Source of the DNA: an uncultured Candidatus Micrarchaeota archaeon | GTDB lineage: Archaea > Micrarchaeota > Micrarchaeia > Anstonellales > J096 | Reading direction: 5' to 3' | Assembly: GCA_938083015.1 (NCBI GenBank) | Contig: CALKCX010000003.1 | Coordinates: 14,793 to 78,792, forward strand | DNA: 64,000 bases | Shown: positions 39,552 through 53,613 of the stretch, in pieces | Numbering within the stretch: the first letter of the stretch is position 1 | Layout: every line of letters begins with the position of its first letter | Notes under the pieces: generated by a model | The model's input: only the letters and a program-made list of their open reading frames with translations | The model's database searches: none | What the model was told of the DNA's origin: nothing | Program-made: the position numbers and the translations under genes

Positions 39552-39663
39552 CGGGCATTTTATACCATATTCTATAAACATTAAATTCAAGCTGATCTAT
39601 TGAATTTACTTCAACAACTTTTTTATCGATTTTAAAATCCTTCAAAGGAGAATACCTTCCCAT
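39514..39663 (-). CDS. rpoP: Probable RNA polymerase subunit Rpo12 (P), cysteine-free variant, 49 aa
   Basis: Below the ORF-track cutoff: MGRYSPLKDFKIDKKVVEVNSIDQLEFNVYRIWYKMPDENRSLLEISTD. GGTGA SD, 2 bp after rpl37ae (canonical rpoP position), YRIWYK resembles the Rpo12 RIlyK motif. Confidence 0.65.
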   Translation of the reverse strand: MGRYSPLKDFKIDKKVVEVNSIDQLEFNVYRIWYKMPDENRSLLEISTD

Positions 39664-39665
39664 GT

Positions 39666-39893
39666 TTATTCACCTTCAATCATCTTTATTACAAATTCAC
39701 CAGTTTCTGTATATGGACTATAGGCACCACCGGCCATAGTAAAATTACATTTAGTACATTTCCATATACTATATGAAATTCTTCTAAGTTTTTGAGTTTT
39801 ACACTTCGGACATTCATATTTAGCTTTTTGCAATTTTATAATATTGTTATAAGTAGCTCTTATCTTTTTACCATACTTATTTGTCTTTAACAT
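39666..39893 (-). CDS. rpl37ae: 50S ribosomal protein L37Ae (eL43)
   Basis: KYGKKIR, YECPKC, IWKCTKC, AGGAYSP. Confidence 0.95.
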   Translation of the reverse strand: MLKTNKYGKKIRATYNNIIKLQKAKYECPKCKTQKLRRISYSIWKCTKCNFTMAGGAYSPYTETGEFVIKMIEGE

Positions 39894-39934
39894 AAACTCA
39901 CCTAATTTACATTAATTAGAATGTTTTAAAAATC

Positions 39935-40702
39935 TTACCCGATTAGTAATCGATCAATCTTGTCAATATTATTAATTGAAATATCTATTGCTTTGTTTAT
40001 ATCATCTCTTGTTAATTGTCCATTTCCACTTTTCTGTATACTTACTAAATTTCTATCTCGATCTAATACTATGCTTATTGAAGCATCAGCTAATTCACTT
40101 TCCATATAATTAGGATCTAGTATAAGTTCATCCCCTATTTTGACAAATGTATTGCTATACACGGTATTTTTCAAAAAGCTTTTATCTAAGTATTTAGATC
40201 TATCTAAGATATTGTTTTCATATACAGGTATTTTAAGATTTAGCAAGGCCCCCATTCCTGCTAGATAACATGTATCTATAGCATTTCCATCGTAGTCTAA
40301 AATGTACATATCTAAAAACAAAGTATAACCTTTGTTAGGTTCTAATACTAAAGCTTCAAGATCTAATACTTCTGCACTTCTAAATCCTCTATCTACGACT
40401 CTTGATATCTCTATAGATCTCTCATCTGGGGGCCCACTGATAAAACTTTCATGAGCTATCGGAGAGAGATCTACGTTTACTATTAGATTTGCCTTATTCT
40501 GTTCAAATAATTCTCCTATTTCTACTTTAATACCAGCTATGACTATTGTTTTTCCTATTTTAGCAATAGCAGATCCTTCTGCAGTCGAAATTATATCTTT
40601 TTTAATTGCAATCTTTCTATATTCATCCCATTTTCTTCCATCTAATCTTAATCCATACTCATGATAATACTTTAAGAACAGATCTTTCGAGTAATACATC
40701 AT
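39935..40702 (-). CDS. rrp42: Exosome complex component Rrp42
   Basis: RLDGRKWDEYR, AEGSA, GPPDERSIEISRVVDRG, DYDGN, IQKSG. Confidence 0.95.
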   Translation of the reverse strand: MMYYSKDLFLKYYHEYGLRLDGRKWDEYRKIAIKKDIISTAEGSAIAKIGKTIVIAGIKVEIGELFEQNKANLIVNVDLSPIAHESFISGPPDERSIEISRVVDRGFRSAEVLDLEALVLEPNKGYTLFLDMYILDYDGNAIDTCYLAGMGALLNLKIPVYENNILDRSKYLDKSFLKNTVYSNTFVKIGDELILDPNYMESELADASISIVLDRDRNLVSIQKSGNGQLTRDDINKAIDISINNIDKIDRLLIG

Positions 40703-41403
40703 ATTATATCGACCAGATCATTATCAATTGGTCCACGATATTTTTTATAAAACGCTTCTCTTATAAGATTTACAAATACATCTTTTTTATCTCTAATCAT
40801 ATTTAATGCTTTCTCAAATTCCTCTCTGCTTATTTTACCATCTAATTGTAATAACAATATCTCACCTGTTCTAGACATACATATTGGTATATCTCCTTGT
40901 CCTAAGTTATCTTCTTCTTTAGATAAATCTAATACAATACGACCATTTACTTTGCCTGCTGATATACCATAACCTATATCTCTAAGAGCAATACCTGCAT
41001 CTATCAATGCAGCTACAGAAGCTACAAACGATGCTACCCTAGTACCTCCTTCTGCTTGTAATACTAATATGTTTATCTCTATTATACCTCCTGGATATTT
41101 ATCTAATAATACTAAATTTGATAAAGCTTCTCTAAGAACTTTTGATATCTCTATAGCTCGACGATTAGGAGTGTATTTTCCATGTTCTTCTAATGAAGAA
41201 AAAGTAGTCATACGATATTCTACTTTTAAAATAGCTTTATCTTGAATTTCTATAGCAGGAGGTGCCTCTTCAGGTCCATAAACACCTACCAATATCTTAT
41301 TTTTTCCCCATTCTATATAAGCAGATCCAGTAGCATTGTTTAATATACCAACTTCAAGTTTTATATTTCTAAGCTCATCATCAGCTCTATTATCAGTTCT
41401 CAT
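40699..41403 (-). CDS. rrp41: Exosome catalytic subunit Rrp41
   Basis: GSAYIEWGKNKI, VYGP, QAEGGTR, DLSKEED; start ATG 41403 after GGTGA. Confidence 0.95.
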   Translation of the reverse strand: MRTDNRADDELRNIKLEVGILNNATGSAYIEWGKNKILVGVYGPEEAPPAIEIQDKAILKVEYRMTTFSSLEEHGKYTPNRRAIEISKVLREALSNLVLLDKYPGGIIEINILVLQAEGGTRVASFVASVAALIDAGIALRDIGYGISAGKVNGRIVLDLSKEEDNLGQGDIPICMSRTGEILLLQLDGKISREEFEKALNMIRDKKDVFVNLIREAFYKKYRGPIDNDLVDII

Positions 41404-41917
41404 CTTTATCACCGTATTTACTTTTTATATAATCGAGAACATCTTTCATATGGGCCCTTCTAACAATATCATCTATAATGTTTATTGCCTTTGATATCTC
41501 TCCACCTTCTATCCAAACAACTCCGTTTCTACCAACTCCTAATTTGCTTTTAGATAATTGCCCTATAAGTTTAATCATCTGTCCTTTTGTACCAACTATT
41601 CTAGATAGTTTAGACGTAGGTACACGATATATTAAAGCGTTTTTGATTACCCGTATATCTTCTAGATTGTCATTTTGAGATATAGTTCCTAATACAAAAT
41701 CTCCTATTTTTAGCTCTATATTAATAGTTTTTATCATTGCACTTAAAGCATAATAAGAAAATATATCTATAATATAAGCTACATTCTTCTTCTCTGCAAT
41801 TACTCTACCAACTACGATATCACCTGGTTTAGGGATGTATGCGTATTCAATAGGATTTTCTATACCGTCTATCATAAGGTAATACTGATCTTTTTTATCA
41901 CCAGGCAAGGTTATCAT
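41393..41917 (-). CDS. rrp4: Exosome RNA-binding subunit Rrp4 (short form)
   Basis: YIPKPGDIVVGRV (S1), SRIVGTKGQMI...VGRNGVVWI (KH). Confidence 0.88.
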   Translation of the reverse strand: MITLPGDKKDQYYLMIDGIENPIEYAYIPKPGDIVVGRVIAEKKNVAYIIDIFSYYALSAMIKTINIELKIGDFVLGTISQNDNLEDIRVIKNALIYRVPTSKLSRIVGTKGQMIKLIGQLSKSKLGVGRNGVVWIEGGEISKAINIIDDIVRRAHMKDVLDYIKSKYGDKDEN

Positions 41918-42609
41918 TCTTTCACCTTCAATAGTTTACTTTCTACTTTACCATTAGTCATCTTATTCAACCTATCATATACTTCTCCTTGTATACCAGC
42001 AAGAATTTCTATTTGAGCTATTAATCCATCTTGAGTTTCCTCAAGCTTAATAGGATTTAAAGATTTAATATAACCATATACTTTGTAAGCAACATCAGAT
42101 GGGACTTTTATTTGTATTATAACAGAGGCCATTTTAATAGGTAAAATCTTTCTAAGATGTTCCAATATCTCTTTGGCCTGTTGCTCTACAGGTTTAAACG
42201 GATCTATGTTATATTTAATGTTTTGCATTGCATTTTCAATTCTTAAAGGAGGAATAGGTAAATTGGTTTGTCCATCCATACAGTTTCTAGCAAGAAAATC
42301 TATAATTTGCTTTCTCTTCTTTTCTATCATCTTTCTTCTCTGCTCTGTCGTAAGTTGTATTTCTCCTTTGTCAAGTATAGTTTTCAATATAATATTTATA
42401 TCGGTTGTACCAAAAGCTTTCTTTATATTACTAGGCGATTGTCTCTCACCTTTTTTTGCATTTTTATAAACTTCTTCAATGACCAATATATTATTAATAT
42501 CTTTTTTAGATCCTTCTAAATAAGCATAAGCTTTATCAGGATCTAATAGTAATTCAAAATGTTCTCCGTTTATTACAATCTTTCCAACTATCGCCTTATC
42601 TAAATCCAT
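41914..42609 (-). CDS. Ribosome maturation factor SBDS/Sdo1
   Basis: GEHFELL, AFGTTD, GEIQLTTEQRR, IPPLRIENAM, DPFKPVEQQ. Confidence 0.95.
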   Translation of the reverse strand: MDLDKAIVGKIVINGEHFELLLDPDKAYAYLEGSKKDINNILVIEEVYKNAKKGERQSPSNIKKAFGTTDINIILKTILDKGEIQLTTEQRRKMIEKKRKQIIDFLARNCMDGQTNLPIPPLRIENAMQNIKYNIDPFKPVEQQAKEILEHLRKILPIKMASVIIQIKVPSDVAYKVYGYIKSLNPIKLEETQDGLIAQIEILAGIQGEVYDRLNKMTNGKVESKLLKVKE

Positions 42610-42613
42610 AAAC

Positions 42614-43033
42614 TCACCCTTCCATTGTAATATCTTTTTTTATAACTACATCATTAATATTGAATAATTCTTTAAATATCTTTTTAGCAGCTCTAAGTTT
42701 ACTACTATTATTACCTATAGCATACTTAACATACTTCGGATCTACAAATATAACCAATACTTTATCTTGATTAGCATCAAATACATCATACCTATTTATC
42801 TTAACGTTATTATAAAACAATCTTATGAATTCGTCTAATTTATTAGAATACCCTAAAATTACAATCTTACTATTAAATTTTTTACTTAAAGTGTGAACGT
42901 ATTTCAAATCTAAATCTGGTGTATCGGTTATAAAAAACAAGTATTCTTGATCTATATAGACAGATTTAGGTACTTTTCCAACAATAGACGAGTATTCCTT
43001 TATATAATACAAATCGTCTGTATTGATTTCCAT
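42614..43033 (-). CDS. nusA: Archaeal NusA-like KH protein
   Basis: Canonical position after rpl30e; second KH VKYAIGNNSSKLRAAK; first KH motif degenerate. Confidence 0.8.
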   Translation of the reverse strand: MEINTDDLYYIKEYSSIVGKVPKSVYIDQEYLFFITDTPDLDLKYVHTLSKKFNSKIVILGYSNKLDEFIRLFYNNVKINRYDVFDANQDKVLVIFVDPKYVKYAIGNNSSKLRAAKKIFKELFNINDVVIKKDITMEG

Positions 43034-43369
43034 CTATATCTTAGCTTCTCCTTTTTCTAATACAGCTACTGCGGATACGAGAAATGGTTTACCAATTGCT
43101 TGTCCCATATCTAAAGAAGTACCTATGTATATCAATCTTATTCCTTTCTGTTGACAAATAGAGGATATTTCAGATAACACATCTTCTCTAGAATTCTTAG
43201 CTAAAAACACAGCATGTACTTGCGATTTATTTAATACTCTTTTTACCTCTCTATAACCATAAACTATCTTTCCAGTCTCTGCTATTAATTTTAAATTATC
43301 TAAATTTACATCAGTTATTATCTTTTTAGATCTTTTTCTTATCAACATTTTACTACTTTTTTCATCCAT
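43034..43369 (-). CDS. rpl30e: 50S ribosomal protein L30e
   Basis: TGKIVYGYREV, GTSLDMGQAIGKPFLVS. Confidence 0.92.
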   Translation of the reverse strand: MDEKSSKMLIRKRSKKIITDVNLDNLKLIAETGKIVYGYREVKRVLNKSQVHAVFLAKNSREDVLSEISSICQQKGIRLIYIGTSLDMGQAIGKPFLVSAVAVLEKGEAKI

Positions 43370-43383
43370 ATTATACACCCTAA

Positions 43384-47004
<3,621 letters not shown>

Positions 47005-47012
<8 letters not shown>

Positions 47013-50000
47013 CTCTTTCACCTTCAATATCACCTTTCTTTCTAATTAGAAGCCTTGGATAGATATGTAAAGATATAATTTCATTTAACAATAGTTTAAA
47101 TGCATAAGGAATTTCTACCTTACCAACATTATTAGATCCACATACAGGACATACGTATTCATTTTTATACTCATCTTTATATGCAAAACTTCCACAATCT
47201 TGACATATAAGTTCATAATGTTTGTCGCTATTTTCTAATAATCTATCTAATACTACAGCACCTGCACCATACCCTAATAAGGTATCTCTTTCCATCTCTC
47301 CAAATCTTAATCCTCCTTCTCTACTTCTACCTTCAGTAGGTTGTGCTGTAAGCAATTGCACAGGTCCTTTTGTTCTACTATGCATTTTATTTGATACTAA
47401 ATGATGAAGTCTTTGATAATATATAACACCAATGAATATCTTCACCTTAATCTTCTCTCCAGTTATACCATCATACATTTCTTCCTCTCCCCATTCATCA
47501 AACCCCATCTTTTTAAGTTGTTCTGTAAACTGTTCTAATTTATCACCTGAAAAAGGCGTTGCATCTACGTAATTTCCATTCATACAAGCTACTTTACATC
47601 CGAGCATTTCAAGTAAGTGCCCAGCAGTCATTCTACTAGGTATTGCATGAGGATTAATTATCAAATCTGGTACAATACCGCTTTTAGTAAATGGTAAATC
47701 CTTCTGGTGGACTATCATACCTATTACTCCTTTCTGTCCATGTCTAGAGCTAAACTTATCTCCTATTTCAGGTATTTTATTCATTCTAAATCTAACTTTA
47801 ACTACGTGATCGCCATCATCGTTAATAGTAACTATGATTCTATCTACTCTTCCTTCTTCTCCTTCTTTAACCTTAACAGAACTATCCTTATATCTCTCTT
47901 GAATTATCTTACCTATACTTATTTCTTCTAAGAATCTAGGTGGGGAGATTTTACCTATTAATATTTCATTCTCAACATAGTACTCGTCTATTCTAGGAAG
48001 TCCATCTTGATCTATCTTTGCATATAACTCAGGATCTTTATGACCAACTATATCTTCTGTAGGTTTTGTTATCTTATCTTCATAACCAGCGTAATACTTG
48101 ACTTTCTCAGTACTATAGGTTTTATACATTATACTTCTTCCAAACCCTCTATCTATTGCAGATTTGTTAATTACTACTGCATCAGTCATATTCCATCCTC
48201 TATAGCTCATTACAGCTACTACTAAATTATACCCAGCAGCTCTCTTACTTAATCCTAGATGTTCGTATATTCTACTAGTAGCTATTGGTCTCTCATTGTA
48301 ATAGTTTACATATGCCTTAGTATCGTATCTATAATTGAAGGCAGAATTATACAAACCTAGACTTTGCTTGAGCATACCACTTGCCATAGTTAATCTAGGT
48401 GAAGAATTGTATTCTGGAAAAGGTAATAATGCGGCAGCTACTCCAAATAATGTAGCAGGATCTATTTCTAAATGCGTATAATTCTTTCCATCACCTAAGT
48501 CTTCTATAGATCTAGCAATCAAAGCATTTTCTTCCTCTTCAGAATCCAAATATTCAATATACCCCATCTTTACCAAATCTTCCCAATTATATCTACCTCC
48601 TTTTATATCATCCCATATTTTCAAAACTTTTAGAATACCGTTTTCTATAACTAAATAAGGTCTTCTAAGTCTTCCAGGTGAAGTATTGATATATAATTCA
48701 TCAAATTTAGATACATAATAGAAGTTTATAGAACTACTTAATAACCCGGATCTTCTAGCATAGACTAATTCTTTAAATATCTTTTCTCCATCTTTGTATT
48801 CTCCAATATAATACCCGTCTAAGTATACTTGTACATCCCCACCAGCATACTTATTTAGAATTTCCAATATCTTAGATTTCTGTTTATCATCTATATATTC
48901 TGTAGTAATCTCTGCCGCTATTGCCAGATTTTTCAATAATGATGTTGATGCACCTTCAGGAGTCTCAGAAGGACAGATCTTACCATACCATGTACCATGT
49001 AGATCTCTTGCTTTAAAATGCGGATGAGATTTATCGAGAGGAGACAATACTCTTCTTCTATGACTTAACGATGATACAAAACTTACCCTATCCATTACCT
49101 GTGATACTCCTACTTGTCCAGCTATCCAATTACCAGTTGCCATTGCATACATAATTTTAGTCGTAAATACATTTGGTCTTATCAATGTTCCTATCTTTCC
49201 TATCTTCCTACCTCTAACTACATTTCTATTAATCTGATTTCTTATATCTCCTAACAATTGATCGAAGGCATAACCAAATAATTCAGCTATTAGGTCACCT
49301 GCAAGTTTAATTCTCTTATTTCCATAATGATCTCTATCATCTTCTTTAATCTTTCCATATGCAAGTAATGAAGCTCTTATTATCATCCTAAGTATATACT
49401 TGGCCTTCTTAATCTTAGACTCTCGTTCATCATCTGTATTAAGATGTGGTAATAGGAAATTTGTAAGCAACTTCTTATAATGATTTTCTTGTATCTCGAA
49501 TTGATTATTAGGCTTTAATCTCTTTATTAGATATACTTCTATACTTTCTTCACTTTTCTGTAATAATCTTTCTATTGCATCTTTATTTAGTAAATAATCG
49601 AAATAAACTTCTGGATATTGCTTAATAATTTGCTCAATTTCTTCATAACTAAGACCTAAAGCTCGAATGACTAGAAAAGCATTGAGTTGAGGTACAGAAT
49701 GAGGGAATTCTAAATAAAACAATCCATCTTTAGTTCTCTTTACACTTACTTTTGCCCTATATATGTCTCTTGTAGAGAATACTTTAGCTATTACAGAATC
49801 TCCGTCTTTTAATACTAATATTTTATTAGGTACTATATCTTCAATACCTATCAATGTTCTTTCAGTACCATTGATTATAAAGTAACCTCCAGGATCCATT
49901 GGATCTGTGCCTCTTTCTATCTTCTGTTCAGGTCTTAGATTGTTTAAATTACACAATACTGAATTTACCATTATAGGTAGATCTCCGACATACATTCCTT

Positions 50001-50403
50001 TTTCTATCTCTTCAAATCTATCTGTATATGTACCATCATTTTGATATTCTCTTTTATATCTAGCTATATCTACAATTACTCTTCCAGAATAAGTTAGATC
50101 TCTTATTAAAGCTTCAGCAGGAAACAATGGAAACCTGTTTCCACTACTCTCTACTCGTGTAGGAGGTTCTATAGCTATTCTTTCAATCTTATATACTATT
50201 TTATTCTTATTACTATCTCTAGCAATTCTCTCCATATCAACTTCTATTTCATTTTCTCTATTTCTAATTTTACTCTTAAGATATCTATCTATTCCTTCTG
50301 TAACAAAACGATTAAACGAATCTATCTGCTGTTTAACTAAATTGTTATACTCAAAATACTTCTTTAAAAGTACTTTAGATATTTCATTCATTTGGTAACT
50401 CAT
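47005..50403 (-). CDS. rpoB: RNA polymerase subunit Rpo2 (B), unsplit
   Basis: GGYFIINGTER, CPSETPEG, GDKFSSRHGQKG, GGLRFGEMERD, C-terminal C4 Zn ribbon; start ATG 50403. Confidence 0.98.
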
Positions 50404-50671
50404 ATCGTTCACCAATAACTACCCTATAATATTTATAACGTATTCCAAAATCATTTCTCTTAAATTCGATTATCTCTCCTTCTTTTGCACCTAATGCCAA
50501 TACTACAGGATCTGATTTTAATATTTTTGGTAATTCATTTTCAGACTTGCCCAATTTATCCAACAATTCTTTTTTCTCTTTTTCATCAAGCTTTCTTGCT
50601 GTAGGTATTAGAAAATGACCTATTGGATCCACCCTAAGTTTAGGGGAAGATTTAGAAAACTTACCTTTCAT
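50384..50671 (-). CDS. rpoH: RNA polymerase subunit Rpo5 (H)
   Basis: HFLIP, LPKILKSDPVV, GEIIEFKR, YYRVV. Confidence 0.94.
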   Translation of the reverse strand: MKGKFSKSSPKLRVDPIGHFLIPTARKLDEKEKKELLDKLGKSENELPKILKSDPVVLALGAKEGEIIEFKRNDFGIRYKYYRVVIGERYELPNE

Positions 50672-50731
50672 GTTAAGATCATATTTATAAAGCAAAAAAC
50701 TTTTAAAACTTTATGTTATAAATAAAATAGA

Positions 50732-51886
50732 TTATTTTCTTAACCTTTTTGCCTTAATTATCCTTTCTGCTGCTTCTTTAATAGCATTATCTCTCATCTT
50801 ATTTATTCCTAAAGATAATAATTTCTTAAACTTATTCAAGATTCTATACTTTAAATTATCCTTCATAGTATTTTCATCTATATAATTACCTGTAATATTA
50901 TATACCCATTCCATATAGCTTCCTATTACTCCACCCGAATTTGCCAATATATCTGGTACTACGATTGAATTTAATTGTTCATCTACTTTCCAATCAATAG
51001 GATTATTTGCCATCTCTATTATCCATTTAGCTTTGATATTATGGACGTTTTTTTCATTAATTTGCAATTCCAATGCAGCAGGTGCAAGTATATCTACATC
51101 TAATTCTAATAAAGTAGCATTATCTATCTGTTCTGCATTATAACCATGAAAGGTACGATTTATTTTCTTATATTCAAGTACTTTCTTTATATCTAAACCT
51201 TCTGGATCGTATATTGCCGAGTTACTATCTGAAATAGCTACTACTTTAAAGCCAGCATTGTATAACATCTCTGCTAGATTACCACCAACATTACCAGACC
51301 CTTGTATAGCTATACTAATATTTCTCTTTTCTATCTCTTTAGCTATGTATTCTATTATTACAAAACCTCCATAAGATGTAGATATTTCTCTAAAAGCTAT
51401 ACCTCCTAATTCTACAGGTTTAGATGTAAACATGGCCGCTTCTTTCGTATCTTTAGAAATTTGATAAGCGTCTAACATCCATGCTATAATTTGAGAATTG
51501 GTATTTACATCTGGTGCAGGTATATCTTTCCATGTACCTATAATATCAGAGAAGGCAATAGCGTATTCTTTTGATAATTTTTTAAGCTGTTCTATAGATA
51601 GATTTTTTGGATCTACTTTTATTCCTCCTTTTGCACCTCCATAAGGAAGTTCTACTAAAGAATTCTTTAAACTCATTAAAAGAGATAGCATCTTTAATTC
51701 ATGTTCATCAACATTTGGATGAAATCTTATACCACCTTTTGAAGGACCTAATGCAGTACTATGTATTACCCTATACGCCTGATATTCTTGTCCATCCACT
51801 CTTAGTTTTGTCATATATACATTTTCCCAATCTAATAATTCATAATACCCTAGATTTGTCAATCTATCAACAAGACTTTGAAGCAT
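50732..51886 (-). CDS. gdhA: Glu/Leu/Phe/Val dehydrogenase, probably glutamate dehydrogenase
   Basis: GPSKGGIRFHP, LPYGGAKGG, DIPAPDVNT, IQGSGNVG, EMANNP, PDILANSGGV. Confidence 0.9.
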   Translation of the reverse strand: MLQSLVDRLTNLGYYELLDWENVYMTKLRVDGQEYQAYRVIHSTALGPSKGGIRFHPNVDEHELKMLSLLMSLKNSLVELPYGGAKGGIKVDPKNLSIEQLKKLSKEYAIAFSDIIGTWKDIPAPDVNTNSQIIAWMLDAYQISKDTKEAAMFTSKPVELGGIAFREISTSYGGFVIIEYIAKEIEKRNISIAIQGSGNVGGNLAEMLYNAGFKVVAISDSNSAIYDPEGLDIKKVLEYKKINRTFHGYNAEQIDNATLLELDVDILAPAALELQINEKNVHNIKAKWIIEMANNPIDWKVDEQLNSIVVPDILANSGGVIGSYMEWVYNITGNYIDENTMKDNLKYRILNKFKKLLSLGINKMRDNAIKEAAERIIKAKRLRK

Positions 51887-51907
51887 GCTTTTTTATAAGC
51901 AAATAGA

Positions 51908-51913
51908 TTTAAA
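51908..51913. promoter_or_regulatory. Palindromic TATA box between gdhA and the coiled-coil operon
   Basis: TTTAAA lies 27 nt from ATG 51886 (-) and 29 nt from GTG 51937 (+). Confidence 0.5.
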
Positions 51914-51915
51914 TA

Positions 51916-53613
51916 ATGATTACAATAATATTAATTGTGGATGAGTTCGAAGAAATTCTAATATCTACACCGATAGATAAAATAATTCAGATAATAAAAG
52001 ATGAGCGTGAAGTAACTAGCTCATATTTAGCTTTAAAGACAAAATACGATCAAACTACTATTGAAGAATGGGTTAGATACTTAGAAAGAGAAGGAATAGT
52101 TGAAATAAAATATCAGTTTAATGAAATGTACATATCTTGGAATGCTCCTAAGAAAGAAGAAGTAGAGGCCAGAAAAGAGAAGGTAAAGTCAAGAATTGAA
52201 AATGTTGAAAATAGAATATCACAGCTTAAGGAAGATGTTGAAATTGAGATAAAAATTGTATATGAAATTGTTGAACAGCTTGGGCAGAAGTTAGAACAGA
52301 TAGCTTCAGATAGAGATAAATTGATTATCTTCATATCTCAATTTCAGAGATTCAAAGAAGAATTTGATAGAGATATATCTTTAATTAACAGAGATATTGA
52401 AAAGACTGCAACTCAAATAGATGATAAGTATAGACAAGTATCTTCCTTTGCAGGTATGATTGCTGAAGTATCAACATCAGATATATCTCAAACAGAACAA
52501 GAATTGAGAAAATCAATAGATGAGAAAATGAAATTAATAGAAAATAGAATGAAAGATCTTGATGTTTATCTTGAAAAACTATCGAATTTCTCTGAAAAAG
52601 ATGTAGAGAATTTAAAAGATAAATTAGATGAGATAAATCGATTTAAAGAAGTATTAGATAATAGCAAATATATAGAGCAAGAACTTAGAGAAATTGTTAA
52701 ACGATATGAATATATACTTGAAATTCTTACTGAGAGAGAAAAACTATTGGCAGAATTGCAAGAACTAAATAAGAAAAATGTAGAAATACAGAATTCTTTA
52801 ACTAATATGACAGGCACTATATTTGAAATAAATGATAAGTTACAAAAAGTAGTACAAGATTACTATGAACTTCAAAGTAGATCTGCTGAATTGGCCACAC
52901 AGATCAAAAATAATCAAGATATACTTAAAAATGTAGAAATAAAAGATACTTCTGCTATAGAAAGAGCTTCAGCAATACTAGAAGAGTTAAGAACTATAAG
53001 ACAAGAATTACAGTCGTTTGACAAATTAGCAAAAGAAGCAGAAATTATAATAGATAGATTACAAGATATTGGAAAGGTAAGAGCTAATTTAGAGAAATAT
53101 AGAAGAGAATACCTTTTAGAAATAGCAAAATATGCAGAATTGGTAAATGATGATTTAAAAACACTAGAGACTTTGTTAGATATCAAAAGAAGATTAATAT
53201 CGGAATTGTCTCAATATAAAGAAACAATATTGGGCTATGAAGACGAATTTAAGAAATATGTAAAATTATTTGTAGAACAGAAGGAATCGTTTAATTCTAT
53301 GAAAAATTTACTATATGATATGATGACCAATGGGGAAATAGCAGAAGGATTGAAGAAGATTCAAGAGGTATTAGTAGGTGTTGAACAATTAAATACAAAA
53401 TTAGAAGAGGCAAGAAGATTATTAATAGAATTAGAAGAGATTAAGATAAACATAAATATCATAAATAAAGAACTAAATCTTATAAAACTTAGAACTCCGG
53501 AAACAGAGAAAGAGATACAGCAGAAATTGGATTATCAAGAAAAGGCATTAAAGGAACAACAGATAAAAAGGCAGACTCTAGAAGATTGGATACGGGGATT
53601 TACAAAAAAATGA
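51916..53613 (+). CDS. N-terminal winged-helix plus long coiled-coil protein
   Basis: TPIDKII...IEEWVRYLEREGIVEIKY (wHTH), then about 480 aa of heptad-rich E/K/L/I sequence; true start may be GTG 51937 from TATA spacing. Confidence 0.8.
   Translation: MITIILIVDEFEEILISTPIDKIIQIIKDEREVTSSYLALKTKYDQTTIEEWVRYLEREGIVEIKYQFNEMYISWNAPKKEEVEARKEKVKSRIENVENRISQLKEDVEIEIKIVYEIVEQLGQKLEQIASDRDKLIIFISQFQRFKEEFDRDISLINRDIEKTATQIDDKYRQVSSFAGMIAEVSTSDISQTEQELRKSIDEKMKLIENRMKDLDVYLEKLSNFSEKDVENLKDKLDEINRFKEVLDNSKYIEQELREIVKRYEYILEILTEREKLLAELQELNKKNVEIQNSLTNMTGTIFEINDKLQKVVQDYYELQSRSAELATQIKNNQDILKNVEIKDTSAIERASAILEELRTIRQELQSFDKLAKEAEIIIDRLQDIGKVRANLEKYRREYLLEIAKYAELVNDDLKTLETLLDIKRRLISELSQYKETILGYEDEFKKYVKLFVEQKESFNSMKNLLYDMMTNGEIAEGLKKIQEVLVGVEQLNTKLEEARRLLIELEEIKININIINKELNLIKLRTPETEKEIQQKLDYQEKALKEQQIKRQTLEDWIRGFTKK

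Noticed and set aside
51916..53613. SMC/Rad50 or chemoreceptor assignment for the coiled-coil protein
   Set aside because: No Walker A/B, signature motif, zinc hook, TM or MCP hairpin motif.
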